IMG/VR virus record: IMGVR_UViG_3300011339_000567
Origin: an uncultured virus (IMG/VR IMGVR_UViG_3300011339_000567)
Lineage: Duplodnaviria; Heunggongvirae; Uroviricota; Caudoviricetes
DNA length: 64,000 nucleotides
Reading direction: 5' to 3' (one strand)
The position numbers and the translations under genes are program-made. The notes under the pieces are model-generated. The model made no database searches and was not told the origin of the DNA. It saw nothing but the letters and a program-made list of their open reading frames with translations. Within the stretch, counting starts at the first letter, position 1. Every line of letters begins with the position of its first letter. Shown here piece by piece: positions 1-10,699 of this stretch.

Positions 1-2
1 GG

Positions 3-1913
3 TGTCAACACTTCGGCAAGATCACCAACCCGCTTGCGCTTGGCCGTGAGATCGCGGTAGACGTAGCCGAGAAAGAAATCGAAATCGTTATCCCATCGGA
101 AAGCCCTAGCGTCGCGCCCGAGGTCAAGAAACTGCTGCGTCCTACGCCTCCGCGTGGGTTCGGCTACGGCAGCAAGGGCGGCGTGTTCTCCGAGAAGTCG
201 ATGGAAGATGCTGACGGCAACACAACCAAGAAGCAGGTGATGCTGTTGCCATACGATCTGTTCGTGGTGGATATCCTGAACAGCGGCGGTGAACACACTG
301 TTCACATGCTAGCGCTGCGGCCAGAAGGCCCAGCAACAATCACCATCCCGCAAAGAGCGGTGGTGAGCAAAGACGAGACAGTCAAAGCACTGGCTCAACA
401 AAACATCATCGCCTCCTTTGGCGCTGGTAATGACAAAAACCTTTTTGAATATGTGAGGGCATGCGTGGAACAAGCTAGTACCGGTAAGGCAGCCGTTAAA
501 GTGCCATCGAACTATGGCTGGCAAGAAGACGACACCTACGTCTTCGCTGGCAAGATTTACAGCAAGGCAGCAGCGCCCATCTCCGTGCCTATGGCCGGAC
601 TTGAGAACATCGTGGCGAATACCAAACCAACCGGCACCATCGAGGCGTGGCGTGCGTTCATCAACTTACTTATCCACAAGAAGATGTATGCCCACTTGGC
701 CGTCATGCTTGCCGGGGCTGGAGCACCCCTGATGCGCTTCACGGGTATCTATGGCATGACCTACCACTGCGGCTCAACCGAGTCAGGCACGGGCAAGACG
801 CTGGCGCTGGAAGCAGCCGCATCCGTCTGGGGGCACCCCACCCACTACCGCACAGGTAAGGGCACATCCCCCGTAGCCATGCAGCAGCGCTTGGGCCTGC
901 TCAACAGCAACCCGCTGATTACGGACGAGATCACCAGCAAGAACCGCAACAACTTCGAGTGGTTCCCCGAGTTCCTGCTGGACATGACCGAGGGCCGTGG
1001 CAAGGAGCGTATGGAGTCTGGCTCCAACAAAGAGCGCTTGAACCTGTCCACATGGATGACCGTGGCGATCATGTCGTCTAACACCCACGCCGTTGATATG
1101 CTCACGGGGGGCCGCAACCATGCGTCTGAGGGCGAGCTGCGCCGCCTGCTGGAGTTCATCATGGATCAGCCGCTGACATGGGAGCCGCACGAGATCGAGA
1201 TCGTTAAGTCCTTGCAGCACAACTATGCGGTAGCTGGCCACATGCTGGTTGAGTACATGGCCAAGAACGTCGATCTGCTCAAGACAATGGTGCCCGAGAT
1301 CGTGTCGAACATGTACAAGGAGTTCAACGCTACCAATGACGAGCGCTTCTGGATGGCGGGTATTGCCGAGCTGGTCGGCGCGGGCATCCTCATGTCGAGC
1401 ACCCATGCCGGTATCATTGACATACCGATGGGCAAGATCATCGAGTTCCTGCACGGGATTGTCACCGGCATGCGCAACAACATTAAGGGCAACGCCCGTA
1501 GCGCCGAAGATGTCCTAAACGCTTATACCCGCGAGCACTACGGCCAGTTCATCGTGATCCGCCACATCGAGGGCAACCGCGTACTGGCAGAGCTTGGCAA
1601 CGGCAAGGAGGTCGATGACTCGACCACCAGATCACGCATCATGGGGCGCATCGAGCACGGCGCTACACCGGGGTACATTGACTACTTCATCGAGCAGAGT
1701 ATGCTCAAGGCTTGCTGCGCCAACATGAGCTTCGGCTACGCGGACTTCAAGCGCCAGCTTGGGGCGATGTTCAAGGTGTCGGAAATCTCCAAGAAGGACA
1801 TGACCGCCAAGACCCGTGGCCCCCAGATGCGGGTGGCTGTTCTGAAGATTTCACGCCTTATTACTGAGAAGGACAATGAGCTACTCAATTCGGTTTCCGT
1901 GGGAAAAGACTGA
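3..1913 (+). CDS. Primase-associated helicase, DUF927/SF3-like C-terminal part (5'-truncated at window edge)
   Basis: Frame is open from position 3 (CQHFGKITNPLALG...). It has a Walker A-like ESGTGKT, Walker B-like LITDE, and GRGKER motif typical of DUF927 proteins. Confidence 0.85.
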   Translation, partial: CQHFGKITNPLALGREIAVDVAEKEIEIVIPSESPSVAPEVKKLLRPTPPRGFGYGSKGGVFSEKSMEDADGNTTKKQVMLLPYDLFVVDILNSGGEHTVHMLALRPEGPATITIPQRAVVSKDETVKALAQQNIIASFGAGNDKNLFEYVRACVEQASTGKAAVKVPSNYGWQEDDTYVFAGKIYSKAAAPISVPMAGLENIVANTKPTGTIEAWRAFINLLIHKKMYAHLAVMLAGAGAPLMRFTGIYGMTYHCGSTESGTGKTLALEAAASVWGHPTHYRTGKGTSPVAMQQRLGLLNSNPLITDEITSKNRNNFEWFPEFLLDMTEGRGKERMESGSNKERLNLSTWMTVAIMSSNTHAVDMLTGGRNHASEGELRRLLEFIMDQPLTWEPHEIEIVKSLQHNYAVAGHMLVEYMAKNVDLLKTMVPEIVSNMYKEFNATNDERFWMAGIAELVGAGILMSSTHAGIIDIPMGKIIEFLHGIVTGMRNNIKGNARSAEDVLNAYTREHYGQFIVIRHIEGNRVLAELGNGKEVDDSTTRSRIMGRIEHGATPGYIDYFIEQSMLKACCANMSFGYADFKRQLGAMFKVSEISKKDMTAKTRGPQMRVAVLKISRLITEKDNELLNSVSVGKD

Positions 1914-2061
1914 GCGGGGACAGGGGTTCTTTGTCCCCTGCCTCGACACGGAAGCCGTGCGTGTTAGGGGGCTGAACGCCGCATTGAGATACCGAGATGC
2001 CCGCGCTATTGCGGGCATCCGTGACGGCATCATCGGGGTGTGGTTCTATCGGCTAGGCTGA
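1876..2061 (+). CDS. Small hypothetical protein
   Basis: 61-aa ORF overlapping the helicase end; FPWEK..GQGFFVP motif seen in small phage proteins. Confidence 0.6.
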   Translation: MSYSIRFPWEKTERGQGFFVPCLDTEAVRVRGLNAALRYRDARAIAGIRDGIIGVWFYRLG

Positions 2062-5000
2062 TGAACTGCCGTGCGTAGGCTACCTTCATCTTGTCAAGCC
2101 GCTCCAGCGCCGCGTCTTTCTGTTCCGTGGTCATCTTAGAGTTTCGGATGAACCGCTCCTGCTTAGCCATTTCCCCCAGCGCTTTCTGAACTGAGCCGGA
2201 AGTGGACGCCAGCGCTAACTGGTTTGAATACTGCTGCGCAAACGCCTGTGCTTCCGCACGCTTGCCCTTCTCGATCAGGTCGTTGTACGTGCCCTTAACT
2301 TGCTGAATCTCCAGCATCTTGTCGTAGGCTGAGTCCAACGTGCCGCGTCCTTCTACTGGCTGGAACAACCCACCAATAAACGGAATCTTGCTTGGCTTCA
2401 TGGAGGGCTTCTCGACTCCCGCCTCGGCCTCCGTATTAAGCAGCGGGTTGGCCAGTTGCACCAGCGCAATACCCAGACCGCCCGTGTAGCCACGGATGAG
2501 GTAATCAATCTTGATGGGGCTCAAACCGACATTACCGGTGACTGAGCCAAGCAGCTTGGATACTTCTGTGCTGCTGTCACGATACCTGTCTGTTGCCAGC
2601 ACGTTTTTCTCCCGCTCAGACTCAATGTCGCCACTGAAGAATGAGCTGCCCAGCACCACTTCGGTCAGGGGCTTGACTGCCTGCGGCAACGCAAATGGGT
2701 TGGACTGGCCCAGCAGTTTGCCAATACCTTTGGCCGCATCGCTTGCCTTTTCGTCACCAGCGGCCAAGTTGTAGACCGCTTCCGGCAGCGCCTTGAACAA
2801 GTACCCCAACTCAAACGGAATTGGCACGCGCAAGGGCTCGGACACGCCGGGGACGTATACAAACCAGTTGCCGTAGCGCTCTTCTGGCTTGGCGCGTTTG
2901 TACGCTTCGTCGTCCTGCATTGCCGCAGCGTATGCCATCGTGCCGATTGCCAGCAGCATACCGCGCTGAAAGAGTTTCTCGCGTATTTTGAGCTGCTCGT
3001 TGTAGGACATGTCGCCTTTGAAAGCGCGGTACAACACGTCCAGACCTTGAATCTGTGCGTTGAAGAACGGAATCATCGTAGACAACATCTGGATGCTGGG
3101 CGACAAGCCGCGACGGCTAAAGTTCATTGACTCCACAGAACGGAGCAGCGCCTGCTGATGGCTCATGCCTTTGGCAATCGAATCCCTGTAGATCACCGCA
3201 CGGGTCGCCGTATCGCCTTGCAAAGCAAACGCATCCGCTTTGGCCAGCAGTTTGGTCCAGCCTGCCTTGCCCGAGGTAATCTCACGCAGCACTTTGCTCA
3301 TGTCGCGCTCGTCGCCCGTGAAGACGTTGCTGCTCACCGCGCCTGACTCCATCAGTATGCGCTCGGTTTCGCTGCGACCTGCCACCATGCTGCCCAGCTC
3401 TTTGAAAGAACTCAGCACCGGGAACGCATCCGTTCCGGTAGTCAGCCACGCATTGAGTGGATCGCGGATTGTCTGCCGGATAGCGTATGGCGGAGCGCGA
3501 GTTACAAACTTCCGCAGTAGGTCGGCAGGAATGCCGAGCAGCTTGACCACCGCAGGGATGGTAGTCTTGATACCTTCCATACCCTCAACAATGTATTTGG
3601 CGGGGATGCCATACATGTCGGTGTCAATCACAACGTGCATGTCCTCGCCGTTTTTCTTGAAGCGCACAATGTTGGGGCTGGCAGGGCCGGGGCCTTTACC
3701 AATACGCGAAGCAATACCAATCTTGCGCAGCGTGAACGCTGTTTCTTTAACAGTCTGGTTCCGCAGGCCCAAGTTGGTAAGCATGAACGTGTTCTGAACC
3801 ATGCTGGCAAAAATAGGCATGATCTGCTTGTTGTCGCCCACAAGCTGCTGAAGCTGCGGCTCGTCTTTGATGTTGCCAATACGCACCGGGCGCTCTTTGT
3901 CAATCATCAACTGGACTTCACCGTTAGCGGTCACGCGGTAAAACGGCACGTAGGTGATGGCCTTCAGCTCCGCTGCCTTGGCGGAGGTCAACTCACCGAC
4001 TTGTACAAGAAAGTCCATCAGCCCGTTGTTAAACTTCTGATAGATCGCCATTGCTTCTTTGATGGCGGCTTTCTGCTTGGGGTTTGCCTCAAGATGCGCC
4101 AGAGCGCGTTCGTACTTGGCTTTAGCGGCAGCAGGGTCAGAGTAGTTCAGCTTTTCCCAGCCAACTTGTTTGGCCCGTTCGCCGGATGTAACCAGTCCCA
4201 GCAAGCCTTCAGCTTCGGAGTCGTTGGCAAACCCGCCCTTGCTAAGCGCTTCGGCCATCCCCAACGGGGTGGGGCCTTTGGTGCTCTTGTAAGTGTGCTC
4301 AACGCCTTTGTCTGTTTTGGTCGTGACCAGCGATACGGGGCCGTTGGTAATGAACTGATTTGCATACTGGCTTCGGTGTTCGCCAAAACGCAACAGAAAC
4401 TCGGCGTTACCTGCCTCCACGTCCGTCAGCACGCCTTTGCTCATGCCCGTTTTAAAAGCCTGAGAGACCGCCGCGTATTTGTCCACAAGCTGCATGCGCC
4501 CAGCCAAACCCATGACGTTGCCCAAGAGCGTGTCTACTGCGGACGGTTCGGGATCAGCATCAAACTCACCGGGGGTACGGCGGCTGCGAAACGCAATCTG
4601 CCCTGCCTTGTCGCGATACACGCCAATAGTCTTGTTCTCAAACGCTTTGCGAGACTGCTTGAGCATGTAGAAAACGTCAGATGTAGAAAGCGCTCCAGCG
4701 TTTTGCAAACCCATTGCCCGCAGACCAGCGCGAACCATGCCAACCAGCTCTTTCATCCAGCGACCGGCTTTTTCTCTAAACGCTTCTGTTACGCGTGCTT
4801 CTTCGGTGTGCGCAATGATCTCGCGCAGGGCTTGGAGTTTTTGGACTTCTTCGCTGCGACCCATTGCGGCGTTGGCGCGAACAGTCTGCATGACGTCTGC
4901 AACCAATCCCTTGCCGCCTATTTGTTCCGCCAAAGCAATCACATCTGTCTTCTTGGCGTACGCGTTGAGTTTGTCAAGGCCGATAACGGTATCGACGCCG

Positions 5001-8000
5001 TAGTGACCAATGATCTCGTGGGCAATTGTCTTTTCCAAGTCCGTGACATCTGTGTGCTGATCTCCAACAACCAGTACGGTGCCGTCAGAAAACACAGCGC
5101 CTTGCACCATGCCTTCGTTCGGATCAACGCCTTCAGCGGCCATCATGTTGAGCAGGCGCACGGGAATCTTGCCTGTGGTCGGCGCGTACACAAACTTGAC
5201 GTTCTCTGGCAGCTTCAAGCCGTCAATTACTTTCTGGGCCTCTGCGGGGTCAACGGTCTTGCTGGTGTCGCCTTCACGCAAGCGGTACGCGGTATTGTTC
5301 TTTTCGTCGTTGATGGCCTCTTGGAAATCTCGGAACATCCGGCGCTTCTCGCGCACGCCTTCAGCTTCTGTTTCTTTACGACTTTCGGGCGACGATGTGA
5401 CAAGGCGGTTTGGGGCTGCGGTTTGTTTGCGCGTTACTTGCGTCGAGCGTTTGGTTGAGGCCACCTGCTTACCTGCCGTTGGCAACACTTCTTGGAAGTA
5501 GGCGATTTGCTCTTTCAGCGTGGCTTTGTATTCGGGCGTTGTCTTACCCAACTCCACGGCTTTATCTTGCAGCGTAGTGAACGATGTATTACGAAACTCC
5601 GCCACAGCAGGGTCAGCATTGCCGTACTTAGCCTTGAGGGCCGCGAGCCGCTTAGCTGTGTTGTTTGCAAGTGTCTCGTACTCGGGCATTTGCTGGCCAA
5701 GCTTGAGGGCCAACTCGCGCATGCTTTCCGATGCCTCGGCCTCTTTACGGACATTACCTGCCGCAATACGCGCAACGGTTTTGGCTGCACGCGTGACGGT
5801 CCTGTCCGAAGAAAACTCTTTTATGCCGCGATCTTCTTTAGCTTCATCCAAACGCCCTTTAAGCGCTTTCTGGTACGCAGGCGTTTCTTTACCGAGTTCA
5901 AGCGCCTTGGCCTCAACCGCCTTTGGTGCCATGCTGTACTTTTTAAAATCCTTTACCTGTGAGGAATCCGATCCGTGCTTCTGTACCAGCGTAGCTAAGC
6001 GCTGTTTTAATCCGTCAATAAACGTCTTGTACGCGTCTGTTGCTCGGCCTTGCTTGACGGCAATTTTACGAAGATCGTCTCGTTCATCGGTAGCAAGTGT
6101 TTCTTGTTTTTTTGCTGGGAGCAGCAGTGCCCGTTGGTCCGCCTGCTCTTTAACCACGGTTGTTTTAGGCGCAGTGATGTACAGGCTGGCGTAAGTCCTT
6201 GCCACTTGATCGCGGATCGGGGCGACTTTACCCTCGGCCAATCTATACGCGTTCTCAATGGTAGTAATTCGGCGTTGGAGGTTGTTCCTTTCGGCCGCAT
6301 CCATTTGCCGCGCTGCGGGGACTTCACCTTTACCGAGCTTGGCTTGCAGTGCGGCGACTTTCTCCCCTTTTGTCGGAACCGCAATCCCAGTCTCCATTTG
6401 CGCGGTAAGTTCGGCATGTTGTTCGGCCAAGTCAACGAGCTTCTCATACAAAGACTTTTTAGCATTGCCTTGTTTGGTTGTAACCTTGCTCGACAGCGCT
6501 TCAATGATGCTCATCACGTTTTCGTATTCAACCGCCGCAGGGCCACCCTTGTCGTACAGGTCTTGTAACTCTTTGTCTGGGTACGTTCCGTTCTTAAACA
6601 GCGCTTGCTGCTTGGGTTCGTACTGCTTAGAAAATAGATCGGCGCGTTCGCGTGACTGCCCGGCAAGATCAAGCCGTGTATCGAGCAGCCGCGTTAGTTT
6701 TTCACGCTCACTGGCTTTTTCATCCAGCGTTGTCTTGAGCGTAGTGCTGTCCGTCTGGCGAGCCAGTGCGTTGAGCAGGTTTGTGTCGCCGTTGGCATAC
6801 GCGGTGTTGAACAGGTTAGCCGGACTGAAAATGTCCAGAATCGTCGGCTTGAGTGTTGGGCGACCCACATCCTCGCTGGCACGCAAAGACGCGTTCTGCG
6901 CTTGGTTAAGTTTGTCAAGAAGCGGGTACAACTCGGCAGGAGTTTGTGCAGTTTTGTTTTGAACGGCAGCGTCCAGTTCCTCTTGTGCAGCGGCTACTTT
7001 TTGCTGCGCCGTTACCAACGACGTAAGCTGCTTAGATTTAATTGGCTCTTCCGCAGGAGCCGCAGCCGTGATAGGCGCGGTGAACGTCAGTCCTTCTTGT
7101 GGCGGCTGCGCCGGTTCGTCAAGCCCCAGCTCGCGGGTCTGCCCACGCTGCTCCAAGCTTTGTTGTTTTTCTTGCATAGCCTGCATCTGCTGCGAGGTCT
7201 TGTCAGTAAACGCGGTGCGCTCTTGGCGCAGGGCCAGCAACTCGTCTTTGGCTTTTGCAGCGGCGTCGTAGTCCTTGGCTTCCAGTGCAGCGGTATAAGT
7301 CGCAGTCAGTTTCTCCATGCGGGAGTCGATACCCTGCATTTTGGCGGAGGTAGCCTGTTCAAACTCCGCTTGCGCCAACGGAGAACCCCCCGCCTCTTCA
7401 ATAAGCGTTGCTCGGGCATCAATGCGACGTTGCAGTTCTTGGCGCTGGGCATTCAAGGTGTCGAACTGTTCTGGAGCGGCTTGCCCAAGTTGTCCTTCGA
7501 GTGCTTCCAGTTGCCTGCGCAACGTGTCCTGCTCCAGCATGAGCTTTTGTACATCGCGCTTGGGTTCTTCTACGGATACCGGGGCTGCGGCAGTGGGCTG
7601 TCCTACGGCGGCTTTCTGTTCAATATCGGCAAGCTGCGCGTCTTGCATTGCGCTGATGGCGTCTTTGCGCTTGGCGTACTCGGTACTCAGAGGGGCAAAG
7701 TCTTCTTTTTGAAACCGCGTTAACTCTTGCTTAGCGTCGGTATAGGCTTGTTTTTCTTCGGGAGTTGACGCTTTTGTTGGTTTTTTAGCCACAGCAGCTT
7801 GCAGTTCCGCCATTCGACGCTTAGCGTCTTGGTACTGGGTATCCAGTCGAGTCAGCGCTTCAGGCGTGGTTCGGGCCGCTTCTTCTGCGGCAGCAGCTTC
7901 TGCGGCGGCTTTGGCTGCGATCTGCTTGTCTTCTTGCTCGACTGTAGTCCGAGCACCTGAACGTCCGGCTACCCCTACGCCTGCACCAATCGGGGCGGCA

Positions 8001-8950
8001 AGAACGGTCAGCAGCGCCGTAGACCGATAGCTCTTCATGGCCTCGTCGTCTGTCAGGGATTTGCCTACAGCAGCACGATCAAGGACCTCTTGCAAAACTT
8101 CGGTCGGCAACTCGCCCAGAGCAAAGCCGCCTGTGCCGCGCAAGATAGTTTCAAAAGTTCCACGTCCGGCTACCTTGCGGGCGTCAGCAATCAATGCGCT
8201 TCGTGCTGCCGCTGCTGCTGCATCGGCGGTTTCTTCGGCTACTTTCTGTCCGCCCATCTTCTTGAAGAAGCTCGGCATGGCAACTTTTGCACCAATCAAA
8301 TCCAGCGCAGCGCTGCCTGCTGCGTATGGGGCAAGCGCCAGTGCATCCACATCAGGCTTTTCGCCTGCTTCTTTTTGCGTTTGGACTTTTTCTTGGGCTT
8401 GTCCGCCCAGTGCTTGAATAAAACCAACAACAGCAGGGAGTGCGTACTGTCCAATTTGTGCGCCAGCCACAGTGCCAACTGGGCCAAGTAAAGAACCCAG
8501 AGCGCCGCCGCCCAGACGTCCCGCAGCCGCAAGACCTGCGGTCTGCAATACAGACGGCGCAACAGTGGCTACGGCACTTGGGACTTGTTTAAGCGCTTCG
8601 CCAGCAGCGGTGCCGTATTGGCCTTGCTCAAACGGGGCGGTTATCTTCTCGGGGTCAAACCCAGATTTGTACTTTTTCTGGAGTTCTTCTTGGCGGGCAA
8701 CGCCTGCTTGGGCCGCTTGGGTAGTGTCACCCGTCAGGGCCGCAATACCTGTACGCCCAATGTTTAACAGGTTGGCACCAGCGCCCATGACATCGGCCAT
8801 GAGACCTTCTTTGGGAGCGGCAGCAGGAGCTGTCCCCGACATCAAGTACTGGCGACGAACAGCGCTAATAATTTCTGCTTCAGAAGCGCCAGCGGGTCCT
8901 TCCAGCTCATAAATACGTCCGTCTGGACCCTGTACGCTGTAAATGGGCAT
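2030..8950 (-). CDS. Large polyvalent / internal virion (ejection) protein with zincin-like HExxGH motif and LPD38-like C-terminus
   Basis: 2306 aa. Contains IAHEIIGHYG, C-terminal IPFFNAQIQG...VPIPFELG...IDYLIRGYTGGLG, and coiled-coil middle; last gene of the virion operon. Confidence 0.75.
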   Translation of the reverse strand: MPIYSVQGPDGRIYELEGPAGASEAEIISAVRRQYLMSGTAPAAAPKEGLMADVMGAGANLLNIGRTGIAALTGDTTQAAQAGVARQEELQKKYKSGFDPEKITAPFEQGQYGTAAGEALKQVPSAVATVAPSVLQTAGLAAAGRLGGGALGSLLGPVGTVAGAQIGQYALPAVVGFIQALGGQAQEKVQTQKEAGEKPDVDALALAPYAAGSAALDLIGAKVAMPSFFKKMGGQKVAEETADAAAAAARSALIADARKVAGRGTFETILRGTGGFALGELPTEVLQEVLDRAAVGKSLTDDEAMKSYRSTALLTVLAAPIGAGVGVAGRSGARTTVEQEDKQIAAKAAAEAAAAEEAARTTPEALTRLDTQYQDAKRRMAELQAAVAKKPTKASTPEEKQAYTDAKQELTRFQKEDFAPLSTEYAKRKDAISAMQDAQLADIEQKAAVGQPTAAAPVSVEEPKRDVQKLMLEQDTLRRQLEALEGQLGQAAPEQFDTLNAQRQELQRRIDARATLIEEAGGSPLAQAEFEQATSAKMQGIDSRMEKLTATYTAALEAKDYDAAAKAKDELLALRQERTAFTDKTSQQMQAMQEKQQSLEQRGQTRELGLDEPAQPPQEGLTFTAPITAAAPAEEPIKSKQLTSLVTAQQKVAAAQEELDAAVQNKTAQTPAELYPLLDKLNQAQNASLRASEDVGRPTLKPTILDIFSPANLFNTAYANGDTNLLNALARQTDSTTLKTTLDEKASEREKLTRLLDTRLDLAGQSRERADLFSKQYEPKQQALFKNGTYPDKELQDLYDKGGPAAVEYENVMSIIEALSSKVTTKQGNAKKSLYEKLVDLAEQHAELTAQMETGIAVPTKGEKVAALQAKLGKGEVPAARQMDAAERNNLQRRITTIENAYRLAEGKVAPIRDQVARTYASLYITAPKTTVVKEQADQRALLLPAKKQETLATDERDDLRKIAVKQGRATDAYKTFIDGLKQRLATLVQKHGSDSSQVKDFKKYSMAPKAVEAKALELGKETPAYQKALKGRLDEAKEDRGIKEFSSDRTVTRAAKTVARIAAGNVRKEAEASESMRELALKLGQQMPEYETLANNTAKRLAALKAKYGNADPAVAEFRNTSFTTLQDKAVELGKTTPEYKATLKEQIAYFQEVLPTAGKQVASTKRSTQVTRKQTAAPNRLVTSSPESRKETEAEGVREKRRMFRDFQEAINDEKNNTAYRLREGDTSKTVDPAEAQKVIDGLKLPENVKFVYAPTTGKIPVRLLNMMAAEGVDPNEGMVQGAVFSDGTVLVVGDQHTDVTDLEKTIAHEIIGHYGVDTVIGLDKLNAYAKKTDVIALAEQIGGKGLVADVMQTVRANAAMGRSEEVQKLQALREIIAHTEEARVTEAFREKAGRWMKELVGMVRAGLRAMGLQNAGALSTSDVFYMLKQSRKAFENKTIGVYRDKAGQIAFRSRRTPGEFDADPEPSAVDTLLGNVMGLAGRMQLVDKYAAVSQAFKTGMSKGVLTDVEAGNAEFLLRFGEHRSQYANQFITNGPVSLVTTKTDKGVEHTYKSTKGPTPLGMAEALSKGGFANDSEAEGLLGLVTSGERAKQVGWEKLNYSDPAAAKAKYERALAHLEANPKQKAAIKEAMAIYQKFNNGLMDFLVQVGELTSAKAAELKAITYVPFYRVTANGEVQLMIDKERPVRIGNIKDEPQLQQLVGDNKQIMPIFASMVQNTFMLTNLGLRNQTVKETAFTLRKIGIASRIGKGPGPASPNIVRFKKNGEDMHVVIDTDMYGIPAKYIVEGMEGIKTTIPAVVKLLGIPADLLRKFVTRAPPYAIRQTIRDPLNAWLTTGTDAFPVLSSFKELGSMVAGRSETERILMESGAVSSNVFTGDERDMSKVLREITSGKAGWTKLLAKADAFALQGDTATRAVIYRDSIAKGMSHQQALLRSVESMNFSRRGLSPSIQMLSTMIPFFNAQIQGLDVLYRAFKGDMSYNEQLKIREKLFQRGMLLAIGTMAYAAAMQDDEAYKRAKPEERYGNWFVYVPGVSEPLRVPIPFELGYLFKALPEAVYNLAAGDEKASDAAKGIGKLLGQSNPFALPQAVKPLTEVVLGSSFFSGDIESEREKNVLATDRYRDSSTEVSKLLGSVTGNVGLSPIKIDYLIRGYTGGLGIALVQLANPLLNTEAEAGVEKPSMKPSKIPFIGGLFQPVEGRGTLDSAYDKMLEIQQVKGTYNDLIEKGKRAEAQAFAQQYSNQLALASTSGSVQKALGEMAKQERFIRNSKMTTEQKDAALERLDKMKVAYARQFISLADRTTPR

Positions 8951-9007
8951 GGCTTGCTTCCTGAATTGTGTATGCGCCTACACGGCGCTGGAGGTATTCT
9001 ACGGCGT

Positions 9008-10690
9008 TTATTTTACGCCGACAAGTTTGAATCCGCCTCCAGCTCCGCCTCCGCCCGCCCCCATGACAAGCATGTAGTCTTCAAACGTCTTTACATTCGG
9101 GTAGTCGGTGCTAATTTGCTGCCGTTTCATCGGGTCTAGCCATTCTGCCCTCATTTTTTCAACGGTCATCGGCTCACGTTTCATCTCCATAAGCTTTTGG
9201 TAAGCCGCTACCGGGTCGCCACTCGGTTTTTCTTTGGTGATTGTCGATTGCAATGCCGCGTTAAATGCCATGCGGTCAGGTGTGTTAATCGTGGCCGCAA
9301 TTTGCGCAGCAGACCGTGAGCTTTGTCCTTTTTCTTGCATCTCGGCAATGTTTTGCGCGGACGCCATTCGTTCGCGGTTGACGCCTACGTCCACAGTAGC
9401 CTTAAACATGTCCGCCGCTGTTCTGCGGTTCACGTCAGCAGCCATACGAAGGCCATCGATACCGCGCTTCTCTGCGTCGATGCCCACATTGCGGATGTCT
9501 TTTTCGGCATCGCGGATTTGCTTGGCGGACATCTCAGCACGGTTGAGCTTCAAGTCCTCCATCTTGTCTCTGGCATCGTCTAAGCGCTCTTGTGCGGAAC
9601 GAATCTTGTCCAAACCGGCAGCAAACTGCGCGGTGCCAACCTGCGCACCCTTGCCAATAGCCGTAGCCAATCCGCCCGGAGTGGACATAATGGCCAGACC
9701 CGCGTTCAAAAACGCCAAACCTGTGTTGGTGTCTTTCTGCTTACCAATGTCCAATTCGCGGTCAGACAAGCGTTTCTCACGCCCCTTGTACGCGTCGTCA
9801 AATTTTGCTTGATCGCGCAAAAGTGCTGCTTTGTTTTCTTCGGCAGCAGCCCGTTCCTTCGCTTCCAAAGCGCCCAGCCTTGCTTCGGCAGGGTCTTTAA
9901 AATCCTGCTTTTTAAGGATTTCCGAATACGTTGTGGCAAGATCGCCAAGCCCTGCTTGAGCGGCGGGAGCAACAGGCGCAACGGGGGGCTTATTGCTGGC
10001 AGCAGAAGCCGGACGAGGACCACCAGCACCGGGAGCAGGGCGAACTTTGTCCGTGGGCGCAGGAGGAGCGACAGGCGGATTGACACTTGGAATTACAACA
10101 GCGGGAGCAACAGCGGGAGGGGTAAGTTGCGCCATTACTGCTGGAGCGGCATTGCCAAACTGTGTGGTTGTTTTTTCGGCAAGCTGTGCTTTTAAATCAC
10201 TCAGCGCTTTGCCATAAAGACTAATAGCGGCGGGGTCTCCCGACTTAGCCGCAGCTACGTACATCTGTTCAGCCTGATTAACTTGATCTTGCAGGGGCCG
10301 TAAAGCGGCCACACCCTGTGCTTGCATCCTGTCAATAAGCGATCCGCCAGTTTGAAAGCGCTGAACCTCGCCACCATCACCAAAAGCCACGATGCCGCCA
10401 CCGGCCATGCCCTGCATGTTGGGAGCTGGGAGAGCGCCGATACCCACATCTTCTGGCATGGGCTGGGGAGCCGGTGCCGCCATACCGGCAATACCCTGAT
10501 CGACCACTTTGGGCTGCGGTGTCATACCTTGCTGGCCCTGCGCTGAATCGCGCATCTGCTTGCGGCGGTTGGACTCGGACAGCGCCAGCGACACCGTGTA
10601 CGGGTCGTTCTTGTGCATCATGGCGTACTGCTGCAACGCTTGGTCTGGCATCTTGGCCAGTTGCGCTGTGATCTGGTTGACGTTAATCAT
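9008..10690 (-). CDS. Probable internal virion/ejection protein
   Basis: 560 aa, Ala/Gln-rich helical protein with xAxGG motifs, next to the giant virion protein. Confidence 0.6.
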   Translation of the reverse strand: MINVNQITAQLAKMPDQALQQYAMMHKNDPYTVSLALSESNRRKQMRDSAQGQQGMTPQPKVVDQGIAGMAAPAPQPMPEDVGIGALPAPNMQGMAGGGIVAFGDGGEVQRFQTGGSLIDRMQAQGVAALRPLQDQVNQAEQMYVAAAKSGDPAAISLYGKALSDLKAQLAEKTTTQFGNAAPAVMAQLTPPAVAPAVVIPSVNPPVAPPAPTDKVRPAPGAGGPRPASAASNKPPVAPVAPAAQAGLGDLATTYSEILKKQDFKDPAEARLGALEAKERAAAEENKAALLRDQAKFDDAYKGREKRLSDRELDIGKQKDTNTGLAFLNAGLAIMSTPGGLATAIGKGAQVGTAQFAAGLDKIRSAQERLDDARDKMEDLKLNRAEMSAKQIRDAEKDIRNVGIDAEKRGIDGLRMAADVNRRTAADMFKATVDVGVNRERMASAQNIAEMQEKGQSSRSAAQIAATINTPDRMAFNAALQSTITKEKPSGDPVAAYQKLMEMKREPMTVEKMRAEWLDPMKRQQISTDYPNVKTFEDYMLVMGAGGGGAGGGFKLVGVK

Positions 10691-10699
10691 GGTTTACCC

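Noticed and set aside
3635..5458. 607-aa plus-strand ORF
   Set aside because: Antisense shadow of the 2306-aa gene; no RBS or recognisable motifs.
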